DNA of 34,567 bases from Jimgerdemannia flammicorona (GCA_003990765.1 RBNJ01000273.1:1-34567), one strand, 5' to 3'. Shown: positions 10,495 to 24,130, counted from the stretch's first letter. The notes: generated by a model from the sequence alone, not told the origin. Program-made: numbers and translations.

Positions 10495-12850
10495 CATTTC
10501 TTTAAAAACATATATTTATGAATTATTTCAGAGTCTAAAGCACCTCTTTTAGCTATTATAAGATCTTTATTACTTGAAAAAACTCTCTCAATTAAAGCAC
10601 TGGTTGCTGGGATAACTAAGTAGTTATATATATACTATTTTGCTAGACTTGGAAAATCTCCCCTATAGTCTTAATATTTTCCATCAATTAAATCAATTAG
10701 AGAAACTCAAATAATATTTTGAATTGACCTAATTTGAATATAAATTTCCAACTCACTTATCACTAAGACAATATATCAACTTCTGCTTAAAATTTAACTG
10801 TTTTACTTTTAAATAAGCATCTATCTCCTATCAGAATTTACTATCAGTTTTTGTCTTTTATTGAATATATATTCATATAGTGCAGCATTAATGTTATCTC
10901 CTACTTCTTTATGATCTTCAGAACTTATTTAATTAATCGATTCAGATAGAGGAATATAGTTTTTATTATAAACTATATAAACTTTATCTTTAGCCTCTTC
11001 AATCTAAATGTCTTCCCAATTATGTGATAAATAATATCCTAGCTTAAGTCTGAGATCAAGTACTGGGTTTCATTAAAAAATAAAATAAAATAAAATTTAA
11101 AATAAATTAATAGTTGCTAACAAGTAAATTTCACAATAGATTTATACTATTTCCAACACTAAGCAAATTTTGAAATAAATTTATGCTATCTCCAAAATCA
11201 AGCAAATTTCAAAATATTTACTTATTAGTACTAATATAATAAATTGGAGTATTTGTTATTAAATAATATATCTTCAACTTAGTACTAGCTATGGTTAGTA
11301 TCAGATAAATGATATTTCTCTCTTCTGTATATTTTTGAATTTCTTGATTGTTATCCTCCAATATATCTATTAGAAAGTTATAAATAGAAATAGTAGAATA
11401 AACCATTAGATATTTATAATGAGCTGCAAGATCTGTTACTTGTTTAAAGTACTTTAGTATACTAATAATGTCTTTTAGTATCTACCAAGTATAGTCTTCT
11501 ATAGCATATTTTTACAAATTTTTATCAGCTATAACTATTGAGATTAAATATTATTAATAGATTAATTTATTAAATTATTTGAAGAAAAAACTGTAAAATA
11601 AAAAAATTAAATATAATATAATCAGCTTTCTCTGATAATTTTAAGATCTGTTCAACTATCAAATATATTGAATTCTATTAAGTTTTAATGTCCAAAATAA
11701 GTTCTTTTAGATTGCAGACTCTAAAATCTTTATATTGAACAGTAAATCTCTCTCAAAGTTGTAGTAATGACTGGATCTTAATAATAATTAATCAGAGCTT
11801 TGAAATTATTTCTCCAAAACCATCTTTACTTACATCATCATCAGCTTTTAAATAGACTAAAAAGTCCTGAACAGTCAAATTAATAATATGAGCCAGACAG
11901 CATATATATATATTATATTAGCTAATAGTTGAGACTAATATAATTGAACTCTGTCCTAATTGTTTGAAATAATGTGGTATTGTTAGATACATTATCTATT
12001 GTTATAGCTAATATCTAGAGTAAAAAATCAATAATTTAAATATAAGATTTTTTTTTTTTTTTGAAAACCCAATCTTTTTTAAAAATTCAATCTTTTTTGA
12101 AAACCTAATCTTTTTCAAAAACCTGACCTTTTTCAAAAATCTGATCTTTTTCAAAAACCTGACCTTTTTCAAAAATCTGATCTTTTTCAAAAATCTGATC
12201 TTTTCAAAAACTCGATCTTTTTTAAAAATCTGACCTTTTTTGAAAACCCAGCTATTTTCAAAAACCTGATCTTTTTCAAAAACCAAATCTTTTTTAAAAA
12301 CCTGAACTTTTTAAAATATAATCTTTTTGAAAGACTTATTATCTATATATCTTTATCTATATATCAAAATCTCAAACATAGTTTTCAAAGACACCAGTAA
12401 GATTTTTATCTGAATGAGATTCTGACAGCTTGACAAAATCAATTAATATATAGTTGAGTTGCTAATTTTGACAAATCCAGTGTATATTAATTTTAAGAAA
12501 TATGTATATATTAGATGATATCCATATGTCAATAGTAAAGGATATTTGATCAGGTATATTCTATTTTGAAATAAATAAATTGAAATAAGAATAATTCAAA
12601 GTTATTTAACTTTGAAATATTAGAATTTATATTCAATATTAAAATATTAAATCTTATCTATAGTTTAATTTGGACAGGATAATATTTTCATTGAAAGGTC
12701 AGTCTAATTTCATTTTATATAGTTCCAGCAGAAGGAATAGTAATATCTGGTTTTAGAAGACAAAAAAGATCTCTCAGCTCTAAATTCTCAATAACTATAA
12801 AAGGCTGGCTATCATAGATAATCTAGTAAATAAGTTTGTCTTAAAATAAC
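10495..12850 (-). pseudogene. Degenerate multi-exon hAT-family transposase
   Basis: QPFIVIENLELRDLFCLLKPDITIPSAGTIK (~12720-12810). ISFTIDIW (first catalytic D, ~12520-12545). AITIDNVSNN (~11980-12008). CLAHIINL. DIKT**NS. VLDLR(LDPR). Dimerisation domain FPSLAK..YLVIPATSALIERVFS..KRGAL (10500-10670). Introns at ~11064-11221 and 12015-12350. Confidence 0.9.
12060..12330. repeat. ~18-bp tandem repeat (aaaacctgatctttttc[a]) inside a hAT intron
   Basis: About 15 visible units. They produce the spurious periodic ORF 12008-12286. Confidence 0.9.
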
Positions 12851-13174
12851 TTCACAGAGAATCTCAGCTATTTAGAGAATTATCATGTGGTAATAAATTA
12901 ATAATAAGAAAAGAAATAAAAGCAGACAAGTTATATGAAAACTATATTTTGGAAAAAAAAAAAAGACTCTATTACTTCTGTTTGATAACTCTTATAAAAT
13001 TTATCAAAATATGCCTACAAATTTGTTATTGAGTTAGTAATAGCCTTATATGATATCTTACATACCTTTCTCCTGTACAATTCATGTTATACAAACTTCA
13101 AGCAATGGTTTTCAACACAACTCAGAGAAAAGGTATTATAATAATATCATCAAGTAAGAGTTCTGATGAGCATG

Positions 13175-15130
13175 CTAGGTCAGGTGGACCTGGGGCTTTT
13201 GGCTGACAGTATGTAGGGAGAGGTTATAGACTAGGGATGGGGCTTTTGGAGGATCAAAGGGTGGCAAAGGCTCTGGAGGAGGACTAGTATATGGTGGATC
13301 TGGGGAAAGACCTGGGCCCTCCAGCTTTGCCAACAAGGTAAAGGTGAGTAGATGGCCTACTGGAACCAGAGCTGGCACTGCTGATGAGAAGGACAAGGCT
13401 AGCATCAGGAGGGGGAGTGGCCCTCAGGGGGGAGCAGTGAGTATAGGGGCTGGAGATGCTATGGCTGGAGGTGTGACTATTGATGGGAGTGTGATGGAGG
13501 ATCAGAAAAAAAAAAGAAATGTGATGGCTGATGGCCAGGTGGGGCAGGGGCTCCCAATGCAGAAGGGGGATCTGGCAGATGGTGTGACAGGGCTGGTAGT
13601 GGTGCCATTGCTCAAGAAGTTGATATCAGAGTTTGCAGCCACCTTGTGCTTTTGGGGCTTAGTGGTGATAGTGAGGATGGTCCTGGGGCTAATTTTGAAG
13701 CAGGTGGCTAGGGTGGTCACAGTGAAGTTCCTGAGGGGTCTGGAGGGGGTTGAGGTGGGCTTTGAGGAGACAGGCCCACTGGACAAGGCTCTGAAGACTA
13801 GAGTAGTGGTTGGGGAAGTGATGGTCCCCATAGTGTGGTACTTGAGATGGGACCCCAGGGTGGTATAGCTTCTGGTAAGGGGGGTGCCAATAGTGATGAA
13901 GGAGGAGACTAGGAGGAGGGTGGAGGAGGTGATGGTAGAATATGGTGATGTGGTGGACATTGGCTTCCAGATGTGGGAGGGGACCACCTTCAGGATGGGT
14001 GATGTTGATGTCAGGATTTGGCTGGCAGAGAAGGAGGCCACAGGGAAGATGAGTGACTGGCCCTCGGTGCTAATGTGGTGGGCTTTTGTCTGTAAGGTGT
14101 TGCAGGTGAAAGGGAGTGAAGAGGAGGAGGAGAACTTATTGGAGACTCTGGAGGAGTTGAGTGGTGTAGTTGAGAGGAGGACAAAGGCCTGGAGAGTGTT
14201 TGAGAAGTCAACACATCTGGAGATTATAGATGGGAAGCATATTCGCACTGACAAGAGACAGTGGGAGCAGGCACAGAGATGCAAGAGGTAGAGGGAGCTT
14301 TTGGCAAGTGTGAAAGGAGAGGTGAAGAAGAAGACAGATGGGGCTGAGGTGTCTGGGGGCATTGAAGTCAGTGTCTGGGCTAGTAAAGAAGAAGGGGAGG
14401 TGGAGGCAAGCAAGGAAGGAGCTGGGAAGATGCTGAGCAAGGACCTCTATGCAGATGGTATATTTGAGGTCTGGGAGTAGGAATTGGATACCATCTCCCC
14501 CCCCTCTTATCAGAAGGGGCCAAGCTGTGAAGAGAGGGACAACACTGGATGTACTGATACAGGGGGCCCAGTGAGTACACTTTGGGATCCCTGATGTAGT
14601 GAAAGGGGGTCAGGTGGTGGCAGTTGGCAAGGATGAGCTGGTGGATGTCCCTGAGGAGGAGTGGGATGAGGTTGCCAGTATAGGAGCTGATACTACAATG
14701 TTGGATGCAGGGCAACCAGAGACTTCAGGAGAGAAGGAGATGGGGAATCTGCTGTGGATGAGCAAGGTGATGAATAACCTTGCAGCTGAGGCATTGGGAG
14801 AAGTGGACCTACATGTGATGCCTGAGGTATATTGGGTATGAATTCTGCATGGAGATGGAGTGGTGGAGGCGTTGAAGGTGTAGATTCTTGTGATCTTCCT
14901 GGAGGAGGAGGGATATGAGGTTGACAAGGTGAGGAAGGCAGAGCTGGTGGTTGTCACTGGTGAGCAGGCAGCCTACTGTTGGGCAGAGTATCATGGTCTG
15001 CAGCTCTGGCAGGAGGCCTGTCTGGAGTATCATAAGGACTTTGAGGAAAGAGAAGATGGGGTGATGGTGGAACTTCTGGGAGGGTTGGAGGCATGAGAAG
15101 CTAGAGAAAGGGAACTAGCTGCTGAACATG
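13175..15130 (+). pseudogene. LINE ORF1 remnant
   Basis: Successive plus-strand ORF pieces (13344-13868, 13884-14291, 14599-14841, 14890-15096) lie upstream of ORF2. No motif firmly recognised. Confidence 0.65.
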
Positions 15131-15189
15131 ACTTGGACTTGGTACAGGAGGAGCCAAATGTGGACTTATAGAGGATGGGATCATTATAT

Positions 15190-18100
15190 AACATTATTTC
15201 TTATAAACAGTACAACCAACATTTTCTCTTTGAATGTGAATGGGTTAAGGGGATCTGGGCAGTGTAAGAACATTTTTACTTGGCTCAAGGGATTGGAGGC
15301 TAATCTCTTTTTACTACAGGATGTATGGTGTGAGGATGAGGATGATCGGGTGGAGTGGACTAGAGAATGGGGTGGGGCTACTGCTTGGTTTGGAAAAGTG
15401 GTGATTCTGGTGAGGAAGGGTAGAGGAGACTTGAGGGGAATCAGGAGCTGGGGTGATTGCTTGGTCTGGAGAGATTGGCATCGGCCAGGGTGGGAGTCAG
15501 TGAGGGTTGACTCTTACTACTGTCCAGCAGTTAGGGGCAAGAGAACTGCATGGATTAAGGAGTTGCTGGAGGAGGGTATTCTCTTGGAAGAAGGGGTTGA
15601 TGTTCTCAGTGGAGACTTTAATATGGTTCAGGATCAGTGTCTAGACAGAACTGATGGCAGGAGGAATGCAGGGGGGAGAAATGGAGGTCTAGATGCATGG
15701 GAGGAGGTGGAGAATTTAAGCTCCTTAGGGGATATAGACAGAATATGATAGGGCAACACCAGGGTCTATATACATTGGGTGAATGGCTTGGGTACAAGGA
15801 TTGACTGGATTCTGATGGCCAAGTGTTGGGGTTCAGATGTTTGGAAGACATTGGAGATAGAGTGGTGCCTGTGGTCTGATCACTGGGGACTATTGGGGCA
15901 GGGGCAGTTTGGGGAGAGTGGAGATGGACCCAGACATTGGTGCCTTAACTCCTCTCTACTGGCTGAGAAGAGGTTGTGGGACTCATGGGTGGAGGACATT
16001 CAGGTGAAGGTTTTTATCTGGAGATATGAGAGTTTGTCTGTGGGGATCCATTGGATGAGATTGAAAGAGGCTGCAAGGGTCTATTGCGGAGGAGCTAGTA
16101 GAGAAGCTGGGAGACAGAGGAGAAAGCACATGAGATATGCTTCTAGCAGGCTGAGGAGACTATAAATAGATTGGGCAGATTTGCTTACTTCTGATAGGGT
16201 GGAGGATTGGAGGATAGAGCAGGCAAAATTGTAGATAGTGGAACTGCAATAGGTGTTGAGAGATGAGAAGGAGACTCATATACAAGGAATAGCTACCAGG
16301 CTATGGTGGCAGGGGCTTGAGGAGGGTGAGTGGCCTACTAGGTATTTATCGAGACTCCTCAAAGCTAGGAAAGTGTGACATCGGTGAGATGGGGTCTTAG
16401 ATACCAAGGGGGATATGGTGCATGGTACACAACAAATCTTAGTGGTTTTGAAGGAGAGATGGCAGGGTTTGTAGAGTGAGGGGGAAGGGGGTGCTGATGA
16501 GGAGGTGATTGAAGATATACTAGAGGAGTGGAGGCTACCACAAGTAGCAGGACTGGGTGACTTGATCTTATCAGTGCAAGGAGAGGAGATCCAGAGTGTC
16601 CTTGTGGCAACTAAGCTTGAAACAGTGCCAGGGAAGGATGGGTTACCATGGGACTTTTGGAAGAAGATGGTAAAGGTCCCTGGAGTTTTGGGTGAGATAG
16701 CTGCTCTCTGTAACCATGTTCTTCAAAATGGTGAGTGGGTTGGAGAGCAGGACCTTGGGCTGGTGGCCTTATTATACAAAGACAAGGGGAAGAGGGAAGA
16801 CTGGAAGAATTGGAGACCAATCATGCTTCTGGATATAGACAGGAAGATGGTGACTAAAGTGATTGTTGCAAGGCTGCAGAAAGTTGCCCAACAGGTGCTG
16901 GGGGAGGAGCAGTAGGGCTTTGTTGGGGGCAGACTTATAAGGGATGAGACTGCATGGGTACATGGAGTCATTGAAGGGGCCCAGGCTTGTGGACTGGATG
17001 GAAGGTTGGTCTTTTTGGACCAAGAGAAGGTCTATGACCATGTACAGCAGATTTGGCTGGGCAAGGTGTTGGATTGGATTGATGTTCCCCCAAGATTTCA
17101 GTCTTCTATGTTGAATCTGCTAGAGAGTAGTCGGGTGGCACTAATGTGTAATGGTCACTGTGGTCTGATATTTTCCTTGAGAAGAAGAGTTCCTCAGGGG
17201 GACCCTCTATTCCCTATTCTCTATGCTCTTTCATTAGACCCCTTAATGGATAGAATTTGCTGGAAGGTGGCTGGGCTCTCTATATATGGTATAGTGTGGA
17301 AGGTGGGAGCCTTTGCTGATGACATAGTGGTTGGACTTAGGTCTGTGGCTGATGTTGAGGCACTTAAAGAGACAGTGGAATGGTATGAGGCTCACTCTGG
17401 AGTAAAGCTCAACTGGTATAAGTGTGAGACAATGGTGCTAGGGAATGGGCTAGAGAGTGGGGATATTATTGGAACAATTGTCTCTACTGGTGAGATGGTG
17501 CAGTATCTGGATATCTTTCTTTCTGTATATGGTTCTGTCTTGCCACGAGTATGGTGGGAGAGCAGGGTGACCATTTGAGGGGAGGTCCTTTGAGGTTGGG
17601 GAGACCGCCATATCTCTCTAGCAGGATGGGTGTTAATTCTGAATGTCTACTGGTTCCCCAAGCTATGGTATGTGGCCTATCACCTAGACTTCCCAGCTTA
17701 GGTGATGAAGAGGCTGACAAAGGTGGCTAAAGATTAGATTTGGGCAGAGAGGTGGTCCCAAATTAGTTGGAATACTCTTGCAACACTAGTGGTCAGGGCC
17801 TTGTGGATTTCTCTAAGAGGTTGCACTGCTTGTGAGTCTGGTGGTTAAAGAGAGCTGTGGAACTACAGGGAGGGGATTGGGTGCCACTGCTGCAGAAGGT
17901 ATAGGAGATGAGGACCTCTCCTCGAGGGTTCTTGGGAGATCTGCTCTCTTTGATGGGGCTGAATGGAAATTGGTGGCTACAGTTTGAGGGCTTTTGGTGG
18001 GGAGTGGTAGATGGAGCACACTGAATTGGCCTGTGCTGGCAAGGCAATGAGGGGGAGGTGATGTGGGGACCAGATATGTGGCAATAGGATAGACTGCTCC

Positions 18101-18900
18101 TGGGGGGTACTTCACTTGCTGAGTTTAATATTGGAGATAGAGTAGAGTATCAGCAGGGTCTTGGCCAGGATCTTTGGCCAAGTAGCTGGTAGGTGGCAGA
18201 AATCAGCGAGGAGTGAGACTGGGCAAGTATCTGGTCTTGGAGTGCTGAGGTGCAGAGGTGGCTTCCTCCCAAGTTCTGGGTGATATGGTGGTGAATGCTG
18301 TGGAGGAATGTCATGTTGAATTTCCACACTGGGTATCTGGTGGATGGTGGCCATTTCAATTGTGAGGAGTGTTACAATGTAGGACAAGCTGGATGACTTG
18401 TATAGACACCAGAACATTGGTTGGGAGAGTGTGAGATTTTGGGGGACTTTTGGATAGAAATAGGGAATAGACTGGGTATGGAGTGAAGGCTGGCAGGTGG
18501 GGGAGGCCACTGGGAGGACTTGAGATCCTGAATAGACTGGGTATGGAGTGAAGGCTGGCAGGTGGGGGAGGCCACTGGGAGGACTTGAGATCCTGGCTAG
18601 TAGGTGGTGTGGGTAATAGTTGTCTCACTGTAGGGTGAATGTTAGCAGTATGGGTGGGACTGGCTGACCATTGGTTTTTTGTATTTGAGGAGGGGTAGTA
18701 GGTGAGGCTGTAGAAGAAGATATTATGATGAGAGGAGCTATTGGGGGATCTGCTAACTAGATGGTGGGTGGCCTGAGGTCCTCAGGGGGGGCAATGTCAC
18801 AGTTTGGTGGCAAGGATCTGTGAGCAAAGTAGTGGGAGGGTAGAGATAGTGTTAGGCAAAGTGGTCTTATAATGGAACAGGTTGGGGGGTGGACCCCCCA
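15190..18900 (+). pseudogene. LINE ORF2 remnant: apurinic endonuclease and reverse transcriptase
   Basis: Endonuclease: IFSLNVNGLR..LLQD, SGDFN, TRIDWIL, WSDH. RT: PGKDGLP, WRPIMLLDIDRK, FLDQEKVYDHV, VPQGDPLFPILY, AFADD, KLNWYK. Confidence 0.93.
18466..18595. repeat. Perfect 65-bp tandem duplication in LINE ORF2
   Basis: aatagactgggtatggagtgaaggctggcaggtgggggaggccactgggaggacttgagatcctg occurs twice (18466-18530, 18531-18595). Confidence 0.95.
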
Positions 18901-19542
18901 GGGGGATCGGATAGGGGTGGGGGTCAATGTAATATTATGGGATTAGATTGGGGTATTAATAAAGGAGTTCAAGAGACTATAAAAAAAAAAAAAGAAATTT
19001 TATCTTATAGATCCAACAGAAGGTCTAGTAAACTAGACATATATTCTTATTCTCAATAAGAGTAGAAATGGGGCAGGAGACCTTAGTAGTAATATTAGGA
19101 GTGTATTTCTTTATCATATCTGCTATCAGGATTATTTTGACTAACTAGTCATTTATACTGTTGTAAAAACTGATAATTACTCAGCATTTGACAAAATTGC
19201 TCACCATTTACCAGAATATATATAATGCCAACAGTATATATATCTTTTTATCATATAATATCTATAATTTGATAGAATTATAGAAATCTAGAAATACCAA
19301 CTCCTATATAAGAGAAGCTATATTCTATCTACTAGACTTATTCTTAAAAGGAGGAGAATATATATTTATAGCATCTCAAATAAACTACAAAATAGATAGA
19401 AGGGTCAAAAAATAAGTACCATATACTATATATATATATCTACTGTCTGATAGCTATATAGATACTATAAAGTTAGTAAATACTCATTCTTTCTTAGAAG
19501 AGCTGAGCCAGATAGTTGATCTATTATTTAGTAGATATATAT

Positions 19543-20242
19543 TGTCATATAGTGATTGCTGAGTTCTTCAAATATGTCAGATTCTCTCCAAGGTATATCT
19601 CTTAGACTAACTACAAGTTTATTATAAGTAAGTTCTTATTAGAGTATCTTCCTAAGATCTTATAGTCCTCAAACTTCTTATCTTTAAATTGTCTTGTTAT
19701 CTATTAGATTGCTTGTATGAAATTAAGAGTAAGTAAACTAGAACTGACTTTATTTTAAAGGAAATAAGAGAGGTATTTATACAAAATATAATTTAATAAT
19801 TGCTAAGTTATAAAGCTAAATATAAATTTCAATAACTAAATAAAATACTGAAATACAGAAAACTACAGTTGTAAGTACAAATTCAAGTGTTTGTACAAAT
19901 AGTTGTACAAGTTTAGGATGCCAGTAGATTTCAGTAGTATAGGAAAAGAGTACTCAAATATTTAGATATTACAGAAAAAAAATACTAGTAGAACTCAGTT
20001 ATACAGAAAAAAGATGCCAGAAGATTTTAGTATTATCAAGAACTTAGAGCAGAATGTTCAAGACCATAGGGGCTTTATCTTCATTACTACTGAAGGAGAT
20101 AAGATCTATAAATATTTTATTTATTTCATTACATATGTTATATATCTTGCATATATCACATAGGATGATATCATCACTGATGATATCATCACATTTAGTG
20201 GTAGAGAAAGTAAGGAGATCTAGGGCTCTCTAATCTATGACA
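19543..20242 (-). repeat. 3' LTR of element 2 (700 bp)
   Basis: Termini TGTCATA...TATGACA. TATAAATA at 19774-19781 and AATAAA at 19749-19754 on minus. PPT AGAAGAGAA at 20243-20251. Confidence 0.95.
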
Positions 20243-20861
20243 TTCTCTTCTACAAAATAAGGAATAAATGTGGAGTCTTGGAAAGGTCTAACCTGGATGC
20301 TGGAGTCTTAGAATACTGAGATCAGTCCTTGTATGAACTGATCTAGATTGTTCTAAAGGATGGAATACCAGAAGTCCTCTACTTTATCACTATTGAGAGT
20401 GATAGTGGACTGAGCCTCTGTGGCCACCATGGTCTCTAGTGCATTGGTGCAGCAGGCTGATAGTTCTTTGAAGTCTGAGATCCTAGTATACTCTAAGTTA
20501 GAGATCAACTATAGTATATATCTGAAGACCTGATAAATCTTCTTTACTATCTTTATTTTATATATATCTATAGGGGTGGTATCTGAATCTCTTAGAGACT
20601 AGTCTGAGGGAATTCCTGATAGAGGAGGTTTTCTATTTTATACTCCTGCCATATCTAGAGGTATTTGGTAGCAATAGTGATCCTTGTTTCCATTTTATAG
20701 TAGTAGATGATATAATAATAAGAGTTGCTAATACCCAGGTTGAGGCTAGGAGTCCTTCTTGTATAGATCTCTATAGCTCTTCTGATGTCTTAGAACATCC
20801 TATTCTGGACTGAGGGGCTTTAGTAGTTCCTGGATCTTGAGGTTTGATGAGTGGTAAGTAT
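20044..20861 (-). pseudogene. Degenerate accessory ORF of element 2, homologous to 1323-2149, extending into the 3' LTR
   Basis: Start is ATA (probably mutated ATG) at 20861, with one frameshift near 20587. Reads ..RMF*DIRRAIE..SLNL..L*IWQEYKIENLL..TPIDIYKIKIVKKIYQVF..NL..MVATEAQSTITLNS..NNLDQFIQGL..NVID*RAL..IFIDLISFS. Confidence 0.8.
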
Positions 20862-21434
20862 TTTATTTATAATAAATCTTTGGAACTATTTCTGTAAGCT
20901 TTGTTTGAATTACTGCTACTGTGGGTTCTTGATTCTTCTTTTATATTTCTCAAAATATCTGTCTTATGGTTACAATGACTCATAGTTGGTCATCATTGCT
21001 CATCTTATAGCCTGGATGAATTATACTATATGATCTTCTTATACTCTGATCTGATAGCTTGTAAGGAAAGACTGTCTTCTATACTAATGTTATCTTTCTT
21101 CTGAATAAGAATCTCCTTTTGAATATTCTTATTCATTAGTTCAGTTCTGAAAAATTTGCTGATCCCATAACCTCTGGTAGAGAGTCAAAAAGTGGTGTTT
21201 ATGGGCTGATATCTTCTTTATGTATTTTGGCATGATGGTGAAGAGTTGCTCTCTTTATATAGAGCAAGGACCTAATTCTGATCTTGACCAATCAGTTGAT
21301 AGTTCAAACTCCTCTGGCTTTAAAAGTCTCTGATGCTATATTCCTTAGAGAATGGTCTAGATAGATTGCCTACTAATCATAGAACATACTGTTATAATTC
21401 ATGAACTAGAACCTCACAGGCAGTCATCATGTTT

Positions 21435-23900
21435 TACTTCTCTTATATAGATTCATGGTACTTCTTGAGTCTATTACTGTATACTGTAGTAGGCAGTATA
21501 GTCTCCAAGAGTTTTCTAAGCCAGAAGATAGTTCTCTTAATATCTTGCATATAGAAGAGTCCTTCTCATTTGGGCTCTAGTTTTCATAACTATGAGGCTT
21601 CTACTATATTTTGATATAGTAGAACCTTTTCTCCAATTTGGATGAGTTCTAGGGTCTTGTAATTCTTTTCTATATTCTTCCTTATCAGTGTTTGTGACTT
21701 GATGATATAATCTTCAGCCTTCTTTCTAATTTAGTATAGTCTCCAGATTTCTGAGTTAACCCATCTTCAAGTTAGATCTAGATTTATAGCTGAGGTTCTA
21801 TCAGAATCTTCTTCTCTGAAGAGCAGTTCTCTTAGGGTAAAGTGTATACTCTGTGACTATATATCTCATAAAACAGAGAGGGCAGTTGGGAGATAGTTAT
21901 CTCAATTGTCATATGTCTGAGATCTTCATCAGGATGTTCTTGAGAGTCTTATTGATTCTCTTTATCTGTCTATTTCATTGAGGGTAGTATGTGGTAGTCT
22001 TGATATACTGAATCTTATATCTCTGATATATTATCTTATAGAATTCATTGACAAATTCTGTACTGTGGTCTGTGGTGATTTGAATTGGTATCTTGTAGTG
22101 ACAGATGATTTCTTGGTACAGGAAGTTAGCAATAGAGAAAGTATTGGCTTCTTGTAATACTTCTACTTCTATCTATTTAATAAAGAGGTCTACAATAACT
22201 ATAATATAGTAGTTTTCTGATAGTATCACTGATAGCAGTCCAATAATATTCATTATGATATAGTGGAAGAAGATAGGCTCAATTCTTAATGACTCAGGTA
22301 TCTGGTCTTACTGATCTTATTTCTGTTTTTGGTACTTATAACACTCTTTGACAAATTGATACAAGTCTTCTTCTATCTTAGGCTACTACATAGTTCTTCT
22401 TACTTTATCATATGTTAGTTTCTCTTAGATATCCTTATTTGTGTACTTTCTTCATTACTTGATACTTCTTGTATTTGGATATTATGAACTTTTCTTCTTT
22501 TCTGAGTATAGTATTGTCTAGTTTAAATTGTTTTCAAGTCTAGTTGATGATAGTGATAGTCTAGGGTTTGAGGTGATTGGGTATCTTCCACTACCTAAGA
22601 TAGCTGATTATGTAATCTATAGTATAATTCCTTATTCATATTGAATAGTCTTAATGGGAGTGTTTTGAAGTATTCTTGAGAATGTATCAATATTAGCATT
22701 GGTTCTTCCTGAGTAGTTCTTGATAGTATAGTCATACTTTTGTAGCCTGTAGATCTATTTGATATATATTTCTTTGAGGTTTAGAGTGTGGAATAGCCAG
22801 ACAAGAGTGGAGTAATCTGTTTGAATTATAAAGTATTTCTCAGCTAGGTAGTAGTGGAACTTATCTACTGCCCAAACTACTACTAAGCATTCAAGCTTAT
22901 ATGACTAATAGTTCTGTTCTGCTCTGTAGATATCTCAGCTTATATAGGAGATGATATATTCATATCCATCTTTCTTCTGAGCTAGAACTACTCTAAGTTC
23001 TATAGCACTTACATCTATCTGCAGGATAAACTCTAGGTTCCAATCTGGTCTTTTGAGAATGGGTGTTTGGATCAACCTGGTTTTGAGTTTATTGAAGATT
23101 TAAATTTGGTCTCTTTCTTCAGTAGCTCATAGATAGGTGCTGCAATGTTAGAGTATCTTTTGATGAATCTTCTATAGTAAGAGGTCAGTCCAAGGAAGAC
23201 ATGGACTTCTGTAGTTATTCTGGGTCTTGGATAGGTTGCAACAGCCTCAATCTTCATGAAGTTTATGTAAATTCCAGTCTGGTTGATGAGATGTTCTAGG
23301 TAGGTGATTTTCTGAGCTATAAACTTGCACTTCTTGGGCTTGATATAGAGGCTATGCTTCTTGAGCTTCTTGAGGACTAGCTGTATATAGTTAACATATT
23401 CTTATGCAGTGTTACTGAAGATAATCATATCATTAATATAGATAAAGAGACATTTTCCAATCTCATTACTGAAGACTCTGTTCATCATTTGCTGAAAACT
23501 TACTGGGGTATTACATATTCCAAATAGTATTTACAGGTAGATATAGGTGGTATCAAATATAATGAAGACTGATTTCTTACTGATATCTTGAGTGAGATCA
23601 ATCTGATAGAAGCCTGAGAATAGATCCAAGGTGGTGTAGTATTTGGCTTCACTTCTAAGGGTAGTAAGGATTTCTTGAATATTTAGCAAGAGCTGCCTAT
23701 CCTTCTTGATAATTATATTGAGCTTTCTGTAATCAATGCAGAGTCTTGAGGCAAACTCTCCAGGCTTACTTCCTTTCTTTGAGACTAGGATAATGGGTGA
23801 AGCCCAGGGGCTGATAGCTTGCTTAATGATTCCAGTTTCTTCCATTTTCTTGAGTTCTGCTCACAGCTATTCTCTGTAAGCAGGTGGTATAGGTCTGGCT
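21435..23900 (-). pseudogene. pol: RT, RNase H and integrase remnants of element 2
   Basis: SPWASPIILVSKK..RLCIDYRKLN, TLDLFSGFYQI, YIND (YIDD), FLGLTSYYRRFI, KLECLVVVWAV..QTDYS. Integrase C-terminus IGEKVLLY..KLEPK*EGLF..NRLKKY. Confidence 0.95.
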
Positions 23901-24130
23901 TTCTGGTAGATAGACTTGATATCACTAGTGTCAACTTAATAATAGTACTTGGGTTCTTGATTGTGGATGTCTCTGAAGTCTGTAGTAAGTACTCCTTTAT
24001 TCTGATGCAAGATCTTGAGAAGTTGTTCTTCTAGAGAAAAGTTTTCTCTAATAGTATATATGTACTTATTCTGGTCCTTGTCTTTCTTATACTTGAGTTC
24101 AGTAATCTTGATAACAATATAGACTCCTCT

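Larger units (their letters stand above)
13175..18993 (+). mobile_element. Degenerate LINE (L1/Tx1-like): ORF1, ORF2 (APE endonuclease + RT), poly(A) tail
   Basis: Abrupt G-rich segment starting at 13175. EN and RT motifs present. AATAAA at 18958-18963 and A13 at 18981-18993. No clear TSD. Confidence 0.93.

Noticed and set aside
12008..12286. 92-aa periodic KKIRFL ORF
   Set aside because: Translation artefact of the 18-bp tandem repeat inside an intron.
13502..14440. 312-aa Ser/Thr/Pro-rich minus ORF and other antisense ORFs across the LINE
   Set aside because: Antisense shadows of the G-rich LINE coding strand.
18994..19542. Coding-like decayed segment between LINE and element 2
   Set aside because: No motif could be recognised, so it cannot be assigned to a TE class.
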